The notes: generated from the letters alone by a model not told the origin. Positions 47,219 through 62,024 are shown, numbered from the stretch's first letter. The stretch is DNA of 64,000 bases from Cenococcum geophilum (GCA_050273025.1 CP158636.1:2418001-2482000), one strand, 5' to 3'. A program made the numbers and translations.

Positions 47219-50200
47219 AATATTTGAGGCGATTTTTCTGTCTTATTGCTCATAGATCATGTCTGGAGGATTGCGCATTGAAAGGTTTTGTCTTGATTTT
47301 ATGATTTCTCGGAATATTGATAAAAACACTGAGCATGATGCAACTTAGGAGAGCAAACCCCATGAAAGAGACATACGGAGCTCGAATGTGGTTATCCCGG
47401 TAGCAAGATTTGATGAAGTGAAAAGGATATACCACATTTTAGTAGTCGACCTCCTACGTCATAGATATCCGATAATCCATAGTGAAGGGAAGGGAAGGGA
47501 AGTGAAGTGGAATCTAATTCTCCCCTCCAGTCAACTTCACCTTTGTGATCTCTTCCATCTAGCACTCGCTTCCTCCAACTCTCGACAACATCCTCCATTA
47601 TAGTTATACGAATTTAGACTATAAAGATGGATCCACATCTAAAACTCTCTTCGATTGAGCAACCAAGCCTAAATGTTAAGCTCGAGATCCCGTCCGGAAG
47701 TCCTAGTGCCCAAGAGTCCACACAATATCATCACGTCGGCATTGGAGATATGGGTGACGACGACGACGACGGCGACGGCGAGAGCATTTCTGATGGCTGC
47801 GTCCCTCTGGTCTACAGCGACGAATGTGACCTCTGCCCCGGCAGACCACATGCATATTATCGAATGTTCGGACATTAACGAAGAAACGATCTTAAAGTCA
47901 CTCCGTCTTGCGGACGGAATTGCTACTGTGCTGTACAACTGGAAGAAGGAAGCCCTTGATGCATTCTTGGACCCGAAGATAACTGTTGAACTGGTAATTC
48001 AGAATGAGAACTCTGTTTATTAAAGAGGGCTCTAGAAGCTCTCTTATATACATCAGGTAGGTCCAAATACAATGACGACAACGTCGTCATGTAGTAGGTC
48101 ATAGTTAAGAGAAACAGGTAATGAGACGTTCGATGAGACATACGAGCTCAAGATACGAGACAACTGAGACATAGTTCGTATAAACGATCTAGGTCGTCAG
48201 ACAGTATTACGATGGTAGTAAGGAACTTCAATTCAGGTTAATACACCCCCCCAGCTGCACAGAGCCTTCTGGGCTGCTATAGAAATACTAAAAAGTCACA
48301 ATAGCAATTTGGTGTTAAATCAAAGGAAATCCTCTATATATTTACCTTGCCTAAATATCATTTAAATTAAATTAAATTAGATCCTTAATATTAACAAGGT
48401 TCAATTACTAAACAAATATCTTGTGCTTTTGATGAGGTAGAGCCTTCGTTAGGCCGTCTGCTGTCATATCCGCAGTAGGCACCCATTTAATATTGATGCT
48501 TCCTTTATGAACTTTCTGGCGGAGCTAGTGGTAATAGATATTAATGTATTAAAGCTTGGTGTTAAGCTCTACGTTACTTTTGGTTAGTAGTTAAATAGTT
48601 TATAGGTTATTATAATATATTATTTACTTCTTATTAAGGTTAAATCCGATTTCTTTAAAGAATCGCTACTACTAAATTAATTTGGTAGCTGTATGTAATA
48701 AGGCTAGGAGCTCTACTTTTATACTTAATTTTATTACTAACTTTTACTTCGTAGATCGCTAGTTAATTAGCCCTTTAAATAAGGTGAATAGGTAACCTTC
48801 TGTGCTCTTTCTGCTTACTAGGTTATTGCTAAATAATATATTACTGGCCCTTACGAAGATTTAATTTATTATATTCTCCTTTAAGTACTTAATTATAAGA
48901 GTTCTGGTTTAATAAAGGTAGGCAATTACCCTTATAGCAGCTGCATTGTAAATTAGTAACGGGTTTTAAGAGAATTCTAATAGCTTGCTTATTAATCTCG
49001 CCGCGTCTAGATAGGTAATATAGGCTGTATAGAGCGCAGATCCGACCTTTCTTTAATAGGTGTAGATGTCCTACTTTAAGGCTTGTTCTAGATTAAGCTT
49101 AAGTTCCTTATTGCCTATTAGTGTATAGACTTTATAATAGTCCTTTATATTGAAGCTTATCGCGATCTTATTAATATAAGCGTTCTGGCTAAGCTAAAGC
49201 TTCCTATTCTCTCTATTGTGGATTATTTAAATTCCTAGAAACTAGGTAAGTTTACCTAGGTCCTTTATCTTATACCTTTTTATAAGGTGCTCCTTAAAGG
49301 TCTTAAGCTTAAGGAGGTCTCTCTTTCGGCAGGCGGCTGTGATATTATTAACGTAGAAGAAGACTATTAGCTAATCGTTATGATATAGGCAAGGCTCCTC
49401 CGCCATTGGCTTCAAGCCTTTCTTTTTAAGTATTGTCGTTAAGTTACTATACTATAGCAGAGGTGATCGTCGCAATCTATAGAGCGCTCTGTAAAGCAGT
49501 AGGCACTTACCCTTAATTATAAATCTATCTAGGCTCTTAATATAAACGACCTCGTTAATTAGGCTGTTTATAAATACGTTAACGGCGTTACCCTGCTAGT
49601 AGTCTAGGTTAAATATTACAACGATAGCTATTAGTGCTTTAAACGATCTTACTACTAGTATTACGGCATAGGTGTCCTTATATACTAACTCTTATAGATT
49701 ACCTCGTACGTAAAGGCGGGCTTTAAATTTCGTTAGATAGCTATTAGTATTAGTTTTGTAGGTAAACGTCTAGATAATAGGCACGGGTTTAATATCGATC
49801 GTCTCTTTAACAACCTTAAACATTCCTTTATTTTAAAGGTTAGTGAACTCCTTCTAAGCAGTAGCCACGAATTCTTCCTTATATTAATGTCTTTAAAGCT
49901 CCTTCTAGTTCCTAGGTAGTAGTAGGAGCTAGTTATAATATAGCTTTTAGTAAAAGGTAAGCCCTATATTAAAGGCTGCTCTTTAAGCTAGAAGGCTCTT
50001 ATCCTTAGTAACGTTAGTTAGGAAACTTACGTAGGCCTTTAAACGTTCTTTAAGTCTCTTCCCTTTAATAACGTTTTGCTCTTCTATATCGCTAACAATA
50101 TTCTTTTTTAGCTTAGCTTTATTAGTTGGAACTATAATATAGTACAGCTTCTTCTTTACTGAGGTATTTAAGGACAGTAGAGGCTCCGGTAAGTTAGGTT

Positions 50201-50934
50201 CTAATATTTTATTAGGGGTAGGAAGCCCTAGAGTTAAGTTATCTTTAGAGCTTAAATCTAGTTGCTTACTACTTTTAATATTAGGCTCTTCCTAATTTCT
50301 ACTAGAATCCACCTATTGTCTTCCTTTAGTATTAACTTAAATCTTATCTAGAGTTTTATCGCTTTTATTGCTTTTATTAGATAATAATTCTAATTTGTCT
50401 TAGAGGTTCTATATCTAACGGATATTAATTATTTCTAACATTTAGTTAGTCTTTACTCGGAGTATATTTGCTAGATTTAGCTATAAGTCATTATAGAGCA
50501 ATTACTTATTAAATTATACGTCTTTTATTCTGATAACCTTCTTCTAACTAGGAATATAGATTTAAAAGATATTCGTTAAATTATACCCTACTAGATATCC
50601 TATATAGGCCCTTAGTATAAGCTTATTTAGGCGTAAAATATTATACTTAAGAGGATAGGCCCTATAGCTATAGACTCGTAGGTAACCTATATTAGGTTTT
50701 AGTGGTGATATACCTATCGCTAACTAGATATTCTTATAAGGTATCTACTACTTAAGTCCTTTACTAGGCATCCGATTAAGCAGATAGGCAGCTGCCTTAA
50801 AGACTTTAGGCTATAGCTCTTCTAGTAGATAGGCTGCAACCCTTACGCATCAACCCTTCTATATAATTACCCCCCTAAAACGTTCCGCTGGACCGTTCTA
50901 AGACTAGGTATTAGGTGCTAATCTTTTAAGAGTA

Positions 50935-52965
50935 TAGTAAAACCGCGTTATACCGTTTAGCTCGGTAGTAGGGGGGTTAAACGTTATACCGTATGGAAAC
51001 GTTATATTGCGAGTTCACTTATTAATTACTGCAAGGGGCTAAAATAACTCTTTTCTCTATCCATACTACTTAAAGAAGCTCGTAATAGTCGTCTACTTTA
51101 CTTATACAGCTCGACGGCCTCGAATTACTCTCTCTACCTTTATGAGAGTTGCAATTAGAGCCTTATCACCCCCCTCTTGCTGCCCCTTATAGAGCTTAAG
51201 GCGCTCTAGTGCATCTAAAGCCTCATTAAGCTTAATAACTTATGGTTTATCAGCGTCGCTTTCCTCGTCATCTGGCTCGTTATATAAAGCTATAATTAAG
51301 GCCTCAATTGCTTCCTGAGTTAATGAGGCCTTAGGCTCTGCTAAGGCATCCTCCCCCTCTAGATTAATAAAGCTACTAATAGCCATTAACTGCCTAATTT
51401 GCCCTACCTAGCTAAGCTGCTATGCATACACCTGCAATTCGGCCTTAAGCTAAGGCTTGCTGTACCCGCTTGGCTAACCCTAGGGGCCCTCACGGGGTCC
51501 AAAGATTGTTAAATGCGTGAAGCAATTTATTACGGTTTAAGGGCTGATCTCACACCAAGCCGCAGTAGCCCATTGAACAGCCCTAAGTACGTTTATTAAC
51601 TTAAGGGGGTTCCTATCTTGTTCCACCTAATCTACTATATAGGATAGCCAGTAGCGGCGGTAGTAGGCTTTAAAGGTTTAAATTATACCCTAATCTAGGG
51701 GCTAATAGAGAAAGGTAACGTTTTTAGGTAGGAATTTAACCCTAGTATTAAGCAAGCTAGCGAGCTCCAATACCATATTTATACCAGCAGCGTGGCTAGG
51801 AGCAGAATTAATAAGTAGGAGGACCTTCCTGCCGCCCATTAAGCCATTAAACCACTTAATATAATTAAGGAATATTAACGCCGTTATCTAGGCCCTCTTA
51901 TTAAACCTCCAGGCGAAGTTAAGGCCCCTTAGGTTGCTACGCTGCTTGCCAAAACATCAAGGATTCTTTGCTTTTCCAATAATCCATAGGGGTACAATAT
52001 GGCTGCCGTCTGCGTTGCTACAGTAAACGGTTATAATACGCTCCTTCTGCTTTTTGGTACCTGATTACCCTTTAGTTATAAGTCCTATATCTAGCGTAGC
52101 CTTATAGAAAAGCCCTACCTCATCCATATTATAAACGTCTTAATTTAAGTACTCGTTCACAATAGCTCTAAGCTCCTGCATGCGCTCCTAAGCGCCCTCT
52201 ATATCAGCTAACCCGGCCTCGCCGTGCAGCTTCCGTCTTAATATACAATTCCTCTTCTTAAAGTTGTCAACCCAACCGCTTAAGAAGGTAGGCTGCTGTT
52301 AACCCTAATAGTACGCCATTATATTCTAAAGCTTTATTACCATAGCCCGAATAAGGTCGCCGGTAACGAGTATAGCAGCGGCCTATATACGCTGTTGCCA
52401 TTCGAATAGCGCTTCTTCGAGCTCAGGATTCTTAGGAGCTCTACGCCTCTCAAAGCCACCCTTACCGCGTTAAAGGACCAGTAAATCAAGGTACTTATAT
52501 TTAGGCTTTAAGGAGTCTAATATAATAGACTGTCGCATAGGGCGTCAAAATTGATCGGTAAAATAGCGAGCAGCGTCTCTCTAAGGTTTTCCAGGGTTCT
52601 CATGGCAGTATACCCGGATCTGCTGCCTCTCACGCTCTAAAACACCATGACGACGAAGGCGCTCAAGGTCCTTAGGCTTCATCATGGCAAGAGGGGTGTT
52701 AAATTAATGAATATTAATGGCTGCGGTGCTGGCTTAAGAAGGGGTTAATGCATAGCGCCGAATTGCGCTTAAGTCAGCTCCTAAAAATAGGGTTTTCAAT
52801 ACCACGATAACTCGCGCTATACCGTTCTTATATAAGAGGGCTTTGAACGTAACGGCGTATCAAATTTAAACGTAAGCCCATAGTAAAATCAACTGTTCCT
52901 GGCTATTGACCGGTATACCGTAGAGGAACGGTATACCGAGATAACGGTATAACGCGGTTTTACTG
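50935..52965 (-). mobile_element. pogo/Tigger-type Tc1-mariner transposon (RIP-degraded) inside the Copia 2 integrase
   Basis: TIR CAGTAAAACCGCGTTATACCGTT; TA TSD at 50933-50934 and 52966-52967. Transposase from about 52685 with a CENP-B-type HTH region and NMDEVGLFY and PLD motifs. Confidence 0.9.
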
Positions 52966-55248
52966 TAATTCCTTATTTAGCTGCCTATTTCTTAAATTCG
53001 CCTATAAGAGACGTCTCTCTATTTATATAGATTATAGCTACCTTAAAGCCGTATCGTCTTTTAATGACATTACAATATTTAATAACTATTTTAGTTAGGG
53101 ACGACTTCTTAGCCATTATTTCTACCTTATTTATCCGTGTTGTATTATTAAGGAAGTATACCGCGTACTTATAGCTATTATATGCGATAATTCCGGGTAT
53201 TAAATCTAGGTATATCCTATAGAAAGGAACCGCTAACCGGGTTAGTTTCCTTCTTAATACCACCTCATAAGCTTTGCTTACTCCGTATAACTCGCATTCT
53301 ACCGTTAAGGGGCCTTTTAGAATCGCCCCCGTTACTAACTAAGGTAGTTACTCTATTGCTTTTTTTCCTATATGGCCTAATCGCTAGTACTATATATGGC
53401 CTTCCACCTGATTTAGTAGAGGCTTTAATAAATGCTTTACTGGCTTTAATTAAGTCACAAATAAAGCCTCTTATAAGTCCTTTGGCTTATTATATTTAAC
53501 CGTTTTCTAACTATAGTAGTAGCTACAGCGAAAGTACGTCTCGTTGTTACCAGAAAAGATAGTGTTCTCTTTATTATTCTAATAGACTCCCTTATTATTA
53601 AGCTTTTAGAGGCATACTAGGTTAGTATAAAAGCTTAGTATATAGGCTGCTTATAAGAGCTGCATTTATTTCTTGCCCTCTAGGCGGTCTATTGTAACTA
53701 TAGCTGTGCTATAGCCCACAATTACTTCTATATTTAATCCTGCGTAGAGATAATCTAATATAGGCTTAATGTCGCTAATAAATCTAGCTTAATTGTTAAC
53801 GACGTATATAGTAGTTCCTAAGTCTAGGATGAAGCTATTATAAAGCTTATAATTGGAGACGGTGTTATAGGCTCCTACTTAATAAATAGCAAAGGCTCCT
53901 CTACTAGGCTCTTAAGAGCTCTGCTTGTTGCTATCCTTTAGCTTCTTATTGGCTTAATTGTCCTTTTTAATTTGCTTAATATGAGCCTTAATTTCGGGCG
54001 TCGCATTAGCGATCTTCTTATCCACCTTCTTCTAGATTTTGTTACTGGGTTTAAACCAAGATAGGCGAGGAATCGACTCTACGATATACTAGCACTTGTT
54101 AAAGTAGTGATGCTTTCCATATAGGCACTCTAGTAGCTGTTGCTTTTCCTTCTTCTACTTATCTGCTAATAATTTAGGCTTTAAATTTAATAACTCGCTT
54201 AACTTGTTCTTTAAGGTGGCTGTAAAGGATCCTTATAGGATCTTGCCCTTTTAAGCGAGTTCCCTATAATGGTAGTTTCGGTATATTTCGACTAGCTTAA
54301 AGAAGATAGGAAGCGTCTTCTTCTCCTACTTATAACTATTAAGCTTGTTCTTTCAATATTCTAACCAGCTTAGTATAATAGATTTAACTATAAATGCGAA
54401 GTCTGTTACTAAACGATTACTATCTACCTTAGGTAGTTTTAGCTCCTTATACTTAGTATACACCTTCTCCTACTTCTATAACTAGACCTTAAAGTTCTGG
54501 TTCCGAGGAGCCTTCTTAAGCCTTGTATATTAGGTGGCTATTTAAAGCTTTTAGGTGTAGTTAGACGGAGTAATTCTCTGCTTAAGCGACACTAAGATAT
54601 TATAGGTGGAGTTATATTTAAACGTGTAGATAAGGTAGGTCTATAAGATAGAGCTTAGGATCTAACTGCGCAACGTATTAAGAGCTAATAGCTGCTTTCT
54701 GTATAGCTTTAAGTTGTCCTTATAGTCCGCTTTAAGCGTATAGAGCTTCTCCTTCTTATCCTTATCTAGCTCTAAAAGCTTCGTTTTCCCCTAGCTATTA
54801 GTATCCTTTAGTGAGGCTCAAACAGGTTCTTTAAGCCTTAGTAACTCGGTCTTAGATGTTAATAGGTCGACGTATTTCTAGAGACGATTGTTATTAGCTT
54901 TTAACTTAATAACCTTAATCTATTTATCCTAGTTATTTGGGCTTATAAGGATAACGGATAAGACAGTAATAGGTGGGGTATTTTATTAAGAGGTTATTAT
55001 GGGTATCTATAATTAAGATAATAATGGAAATTGATAGGAATAAAAGACTTTAAATTGAAAATAATGCAGTAAACAGCCCAGGCTTATAACTGTTAAACTA
55101 GTAATTTAGAATAAGAACTCTATTTATTAAAGAGGGCTCTAGAAGCTCTCTTATATACATTAGGTAGGTCCAAATATAATAACGACAACGTCGTCATGTA
55201 GTAGGTCATAGTTAAGAGAAATAGGTAATAAGACGTTCGATAAGACAT

Positions 55249-58200
55249 CAGTGTGGTCAGTAATAATGCAATAATTAATGATACAATTATCATTATTGAT
55301 CATTATTGATCATTATTAATTGATTTAATTATAATAATATCTGTATTTCTAATCTTATTGCGTTACTTAGGCCTATATAATGGCATATTACCTACTATAT
55401 TGCCGTATTACCGCATTCTACTATATTCTACCAGTCCTATAGTTATTCCGAAAATATTAATAAAAATCGCTAAGCCGTATAACGTATATTAATAGTATAT
55501 TACTAAGTTCTACTATAACTATCTACCGAGTTCTACCATAACTGTCCACTAAGTTCCACTATAACTGTCCACTAAGTTTTACCGCAACTGTCTACCAAGT
55601 TCCACCGCAACTGTCCACTAAGTTCCACTATAACTGTCCACTAAGTTCCACTGCAACTGTCTACTAAGTTCCACTATAACTGTTTACTAAGTTTCACTAT
55701 AACTGTCTACTAAGTTCTACTGCAACTGTCTATTAAGTTCTACCGCAACTATCCACTAAGTTTTACCGCAACTATCCACTAAGTTCCACTATAACTGTCT
55801 ACTAAGTTCCACTATAACTATCTACCAAGTTCTACCATAACTATTTACTAAGTTCCACCGCAACTATCTACTAAGTTCCACCGTAACTATTTACTAAGTT
55901 CTACTATAACTGTCCACTAAGTTCTACCGTAACTATCTACTAAGTTCTACCGCAACTGCCGTTTTCTGCCTATGCCGTAATAAGTAGTAAGTAAGCTAAT
56001 AGTAGGGTGGCAGAATATAGCAGAAATATAGCAGAATACGGCATAATGCGGTATAATATAGTAATATACTAGAGGTAACCTGCCCTAGTACTATTATAGG
56101 CAGAAAATGGCAGAATATAGTTAATATGGTAGAATATAGCAGGTGATACGCCCAGATAGTATTCTATAAGCTTTACTTTAGATACTAACTCTTTAAGCAC
56201 TTAGTTTTTTTTAACCGTCTCTACTCTAAGCTATATTCTTTCCTATAATATTATATAACGCCTACTAGAAAAAACTTTCTCTGGCTTATTACTTATTGCA
56301 GAAATTAATAGAACTTTAAATATAAATGCTAAAAGCCGTAGCCAACGCTTTTGTTGCTGCTCCTATGCCTACTACTAAATTGCAAAAACCTTAGGGTTGT
56401 ACAGCTCTTTAAAACAGTAATCCTTATACTTATCCTAACTTGCTAGACAAGTATACTTATTATTAATATCCCGCTTAATACAATTAAATAAGTTAAGCTA
56501 TTCTTCCTATACCTTAGATTTAGGCTCCTTCTTATATAATACAGAAACTAGATACTTATCTTAGTGCTTCTCCTAAAGCTTCTTAACCCTTAATAGGGTA
56601 TTCTTCTACCACTTCTCTAGCTAATATCTCTTAATATAATTTGTATAACGCTTTAGGTAAAGAATAAGAGTAGCTGCATAAAGAGGCGACTTATTAGTTT
56701 CTGTATAGTACTTATTAAACTTTACTTAGTAATATATAATTCTAGAAATAAAGACTTTATTAGCATAATATAGTTTCTATTATAACGTTAATTTTTATAA
56801 ATAAGAAATAAGAATAGACGTATAAGAGCCCTATCTATATACTTAATTAAAATATCCATTATAGGAAGCACTTGGTTAAGTATTGCATTATTACCTTATA
56901 ATTTCTGTGTTGCTTTCTTAAAGGGTATAAGGAACTCTAATATTATATAAAGTAGTTACTAGTCTTATAGAGTAAGACTGTCCTTTAGGAGCGTTAATAA
57001 GTTTTCCTCCATATACTTATTAACCGCACTTCTATACTTAAGTGCTATAATAAGTATATAAAACTAGCTATTCCATTATATACAATTATTAAGTAGAATC
57101 CTTCTCCCTATATAACTTTTAAATAGTTTTATATATATAGCTAAGGAGCGTATATAGATGATAATATTATAAAGCTTGCTAAGTACACCTATACGCGAAA
57201 ATAAGTCTTGCTTTTCCTTCTTTTTCTTTTTACTAAGTTCCTTTCTACTCTCTTTATCCTCTTTATATAGCTTAATTTGCTTAATATTAATAATATTTTA
57301 AAATAAAAATGCTAGAATAGTAAGATTAATAATATAGCCCTAGTAATGGATCCACTGTTACGTGGGATCCTATTTAATATTGTATAATTACAGCACCTGT
57401 CGTACTAACCGTGTGCCTACGCGTTCGGCGCACCAACCACCCGCTTACGCGTCTGATGCACAAGCACTGACTAATCAGGGGGGGAGGACGCATCAGTATA
57501 TAGACCACGTAGTCTGCTTCAATACAAGAGACAGTCACCATCATCCAAAAGAGCATACGATACTACACGTATTTCGTGCCCCTGGATCTGACTCACTCGT
57601 GCTATTAAGTTAGTACGAACAAATATCTTTATTCTTAAGAAGATACTAACTAATCGCACGGCAGAGAGTGTTGTTTATACTAGAGTTATCGGCAATAATA
57701 GCTTTAAGCTTTTGTACGATTCCAAAGTTCTTTAGAACTAGAAGTAAAGCATCCTATTAGTCCTCCCTATTATAACCAGCTACCGTGCAAAGAGTAAGAA
57801 GAGCCTTTATTAGTACCTTTTGGTTATTAATAAAGTAAGCACAGATTATAAAAAGAAGGTAGTTATTTAGTAAGGTCTAGATATTAATAGTAAGATAAAT
57901 ATTTATTAATATAGACTAAAGCTTCTTCCGTATAATATCTATTTATAATTAGAATAAATTATTAACTATTTTAGTAATAGTTATATAAGATACTAGGATA
58001 TAGCTTCTTAATTCTAGATTTAGAGCCTAGCAGAGTATATAGAGTTCTGGCCATTTAACTGCCCAAAAAGGAAGGTTTTATATAATAATTAAGTTAAGAA
58101 GAGCCTATTTAATAACGTCCTTATTAAGAATCTTCTTAAGCACCTAGGAATTAAACTTAGTTATATTATTCTAGGTAGAAACTTCGTTATAGAGTTGCTT

Positions 58201-58656
58201 TAATTTCTCGTATACTGTAACTTTAGTACTACTATTACTAACTACCAGAATAATTTAATACTTTAACTTTAAGTGATTTTGGAGGTTAGTAGTTGCTAAT
58301 ACGCCATACAAGTATTTAAAGCAGTAGATAATCTTACGGCCTTTTCCATTAAGCTTTAGCTTATTATTATTTAGTGGGCGGGAGTATTAATAAATTAGGG
58401 ACCTTAAACTTCTCTCTTATTATATGCTAGAGGCGTTAATTAAGTTAAGAGTACCTATAAGAAGAGAGAAATTAGCTTCTAAAGTTATAATTATATATAA
58501 TACCTAGAGAAACCAGGAGATTTAATATTTTGCTCTATAGTAGGGTGCGCTAAAAAATTATTAGTAATTATTGAAATAAGCGAGTGATAAGCGATAATCT
58601 TTGATAACGATTATTTATTGATCTTATCATGATAAGATTTATTACTGACCATACTG
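55249..58656 (-). mobile_element. hAT transposon family A, copy 2, inside the 5' LTR of Copia 2
   Basis: TIR CAGTGTGGTCAGTAATAA; TSD TAAGACAT/TGAGACAT; 21-bp array at 55502-55958 (about 22 units). Confidence 0.92.
57381..57621. mobile_element. Solo LTR
   Basis: TGT...ACA ends; TSD AATAT; absent from the equivalent site in hAT-A copy 1 (about 32385). Confidence 0.88.
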
Positions 58657-60828
58657 TGAGACATATGAGCTTAAGATACGAGATAACTGAGACATAGTTT
58701 GTATAAACGATCTAGGTCGTTAGATAGTATTACGATGGTAGTAAGGAACTTCGATTCAGGTCGACAATAACCTCATTCGAGCTCATGCGCTCCTATCCCA
58801 AGGGTAGCTCTGCTATGAGCATGATCATATCACGGAAGCGCAACAAAGTCATGGTTAGTTGAACTCCTAATAAACAAGCCATGGCAAGGTTTGACTAATG
58901 GTTCTTAGGCTGGATTGTTCACTGAGCACGAAAGTTGTTTCGAGTGGGATTTGCAAACCCATTGTCGAATCAACTACGCTGGGGAGTGGTCGTATGTATA
59001 TGGCTCTTCATATGGCGTGAGCCAGACACTCTGGAGCAAGCTGTCATGCAGACTTCATGGTCTTGGAAGGAATCCCTACGATGAGAAGGAAGCAATGCGG
59101 ACTGGCAGGGCCCTCGCCGAAACATTCATTATGCATGAGATGTGGGTGGAGAGTGAGGAACTCACGATGACAATGAAGATAAGCTCACAATAGGAGGAGC
59201 TAGCGGCAGCTACGACTTCACGGGATCCTTTCATGAGACGATGAACCCTATACCGGCCTTATTGCTATTTTCTGCTGGAGCTTTGCAAATAGGCTTTGTG
59301 GAGAATAATAAGGCAAATGTAGCAATTAAGTAGTCCAGTTAATCACAACCAATACTTTCAGATAAATTGTTATTCTTGCCTCTTCCATACTGCATCGGGT
59401 TTGCTGAGTTCAGGAACGAATCTGCGCGATGAGTAAAGTCAATACTATAATGTGCACATTTGGTTATCCAATTCAATTTTTCGTCCTATGCTGTCACTCA
59501 GCGATTCGGTGACGCTTCCACGAGAATACACATCGACTCGCCGTCCCTAGCTTATGAAGAGTTGCTGAGTCTGAGATCTCACCGAAATACTCATCGCCTC
59601 GCCACCTTCCTCATACCGCACACTCGTTGACTCGGAGGCTTTCATACCATGTGCTGAGTCGCCACTCCTTCATATAAACACACACCGTAGAGACGGCAAG
59701 TCGTTGCTTCTTCTCATAAATATTTACCGAGTCGGAGGCCTTCGAAATCCACAGCGACTCGTAGTCCTTCTTTATAAAGGATAACTCGCCGAGTCGCCGA
59801 CACCTGCCATAGGAAGCCTTGCCGGGTCGAAAACACCAGCCTGTTAGCGCTCGTTGAGTAAATTTGGGCTTACGTGAATATTCGGCACGTTACTTCTAGA
59901 CTACACACCAGTTTGCATAGCTGACTATGAGTGGAGCTTCTCTTTACATCACTTGCCTTTTTAAGTCTCGAGGGTGACGCTTGGATACCTCTGTTGCGTT
60001 TGGTTAGACTTCTGTTCGTTGGGAATGAATGCATGTGCCGAGCGGATTTTAGATTTGTGGCAATAACGGCCACCACCGAAAGCAGAGAGGAGGTGCAGCT
60101 GTGGAAATTCTTGCTTCTGTGAAATTAGCATTGTTAAACTTCTCCTTCACATGTTAATGCACTCTTTGCGTACCCCTATTCACCACGCGTAATCGTTTCT
60201 TAGCCCAGTCGACGTCGCCTTCCATTATTGTACAAAAACCTTTTCTGTTCTGTACCAATTCGATTCATTAAGAGAGTACTACACAGCATGCGCTCGTAAC
60301 TTTATAACAATCCCTTTAAACCTTCAAGACCACCGCATTACTCAAATTTGTCACAATGGGAGCTCAAAAACACTCTCTGGCAGCCAAAAAATCAAGCTAC
60401 AATCTTTTAATCGATTGGTGAACTAAATTGCGCATCGGTTACTATTCCGCCAGCTCGTTGGTAGAGCTTTTTTTTTTACGGCTAGGCATTGAGTTGCCAA
60501 TCCATGTGGCTTCCATTATCTAACTCGCCCCCAGAGACCTTTTCAGATGGCGCAGGAGAAAGGAGAAGAAAACTCAGAAACTACTCCGGCTGCCAGGGCA
60601 TTGCCAGCTTACAGTCATGTCAGTGCTGCTGAATTGAACGAGGTGGAGGACCTACGAAATCAAATGGACCAGCACGCCAGGTCACTAAAAAGCCTCACCG
60701 ATGTAGATGGCTCGTTTCCGGAACGCGATGATGTATACGCTTTTAGCCACGTGGAATCTGCGTACCTTATTGTATTTGGGTTGCGCGGATGGAGCAGAAC
60801 TCGGAACATGGACTAGATTGACCGAATC

Positions 60829-62024
60829 CAGTGTGTTCGACAGGCAATCAATCGCAGGCAGGGACCCCCGGTTGCGATTGATTGGCCAAAACCCTGGTTG
60901 TGATTGATCGACTGATGAGAATTAGCTGATTGATTGCGATTGATTGAGATTGATTGCCAAGAATTACCCAATTGGGTAGTCCGTGATAGAGAATCTAGGT
61001 ACTAGATTTTTTGGCAGAGCTTCGCCTTATATAGTAAATATATACTCCTTATTCATCCTCAACCTTTTCTATATACCCTTTATTTAAGGATAGCGGTAGA
61101 GGGACGCCCCCTAATTAATACGTGGATACCCCCCACTTATTAAGTTTAGACGCTTCCTTATTAAGTTAGAATATTACGTGCATTTAACTTGTTTACACCA
61201 TATCGCGAAAATTAAAGTGCCCGCTATAATAGCTATAACATCACGATTAAGTTTTAATTTTAGTTATAGTATAAATTTAGATCGCGCCTAAGCCAATTAA
61301 TTGGATTATATGGTGCTTTGTAAGGCGCTACGTAAACTTATTTAGGTGCTGCTACCTCTGCTTAATATCTACGAACTGCCTCTACGAGCACGGCCGCACT
61401 CGCGCCGGCGCCGGCGCCCACGCCCACGCGTAGTATCACTAGTATTCTGTTTAAATGCTAATAGCTTGCGATAAGCCAATATATTAACGCGAACAAAGCT
61501 AGCCGGGTAGCTACGGCGGCGTTTAACAGTTAGAGGCTGAGGTGGGGATAGGTAAGGCAAATATAAGGTGGTGTTTTGGGTACGGGCGCGCAACGGTCGC
61601 GTACTAATGCAGATGCAAACAACTTAAATTTATGTAATATTCTAACTTAATTAGGAAGGAACTAAACTTAATAAGTGGGGGGTGTCTATGTATCAATTAG
61701 GGGGTATCCCTTTACCGCTGTTTTAAGTAAATACAGCTAAAACGCGTTTTAGTAGCAGACTATACTAAACCTATTAATCTTGGCGTATTTAATTGCTATA
61801 TTCCCAAGCAATTTAATTAGATTAATACTGTATATCTTAACACCAAAAGTCTATTACAAACCACCTCTGTTAGTGAGATTTTATATCAATCAATCGCAGG
61901 CGCTTGATAAGAAATTCATGGTTGCGATTGATTACTTGATGACAATTCCTGGTTGCGATTGATTGATTATTAATCAATCAATCGCAGGCGCGCTCGTTGA
62001 GCGGCTTGCCTGTCGAACACACTG
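60829..62024. mobile_element. Non-autonomous hAT element
   Basis: Perfect 19-bp TIR CAGTGTGTTCGACAGGCAA; TSD ACCGAATC at 60821-60828 and 62025-62032; subterminal GCGATTGATTG / CAATCAATCGC repeats. Confidence 0.93.
61088..61723. mobile_element. Nested MITE with about 100-bp TIRs, PIF/Harbinger-like
   Basis: GGA(C)AGCGGTAGAGGGAC...CCCCCACTTATTAAGTTTAG is inverted at about 61620-61723; TAA flanks at 61085-61087 and 61724-61726. Superfamily inferred from the TSD. Confidence 0.7.

Larger units (their letters stand above)
47984..58766 (-). mobile_element. Ty1/Copia retrotransposon 2 (RIP-degraded)
   Basis: 3' LTR 47984-48243; 5' LTR 55091-55248 plus 58657-58766; TSD ATAAC; PBS GTTATAAGCC; PPT GGGGGGGTG. 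Remnants of gag, protease, integrase, RT (FKARLYVRG, LYRLRRSPLL) and RNase H. Confidence 0.92.
47627..59193 (+). pseudogene. Hypothetical gene split by Copia 2 (parts at 47627-47983 and 58767-59193)
   Basis: Frame ...EALDAFLDPKIT continues as SFELMRSYPK across TSD ATAAC, then a probable intron and exon ...FTEHESCFEWDL.... Apparent frameshift near 47850. Function unknown. Confidence 0.55.
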
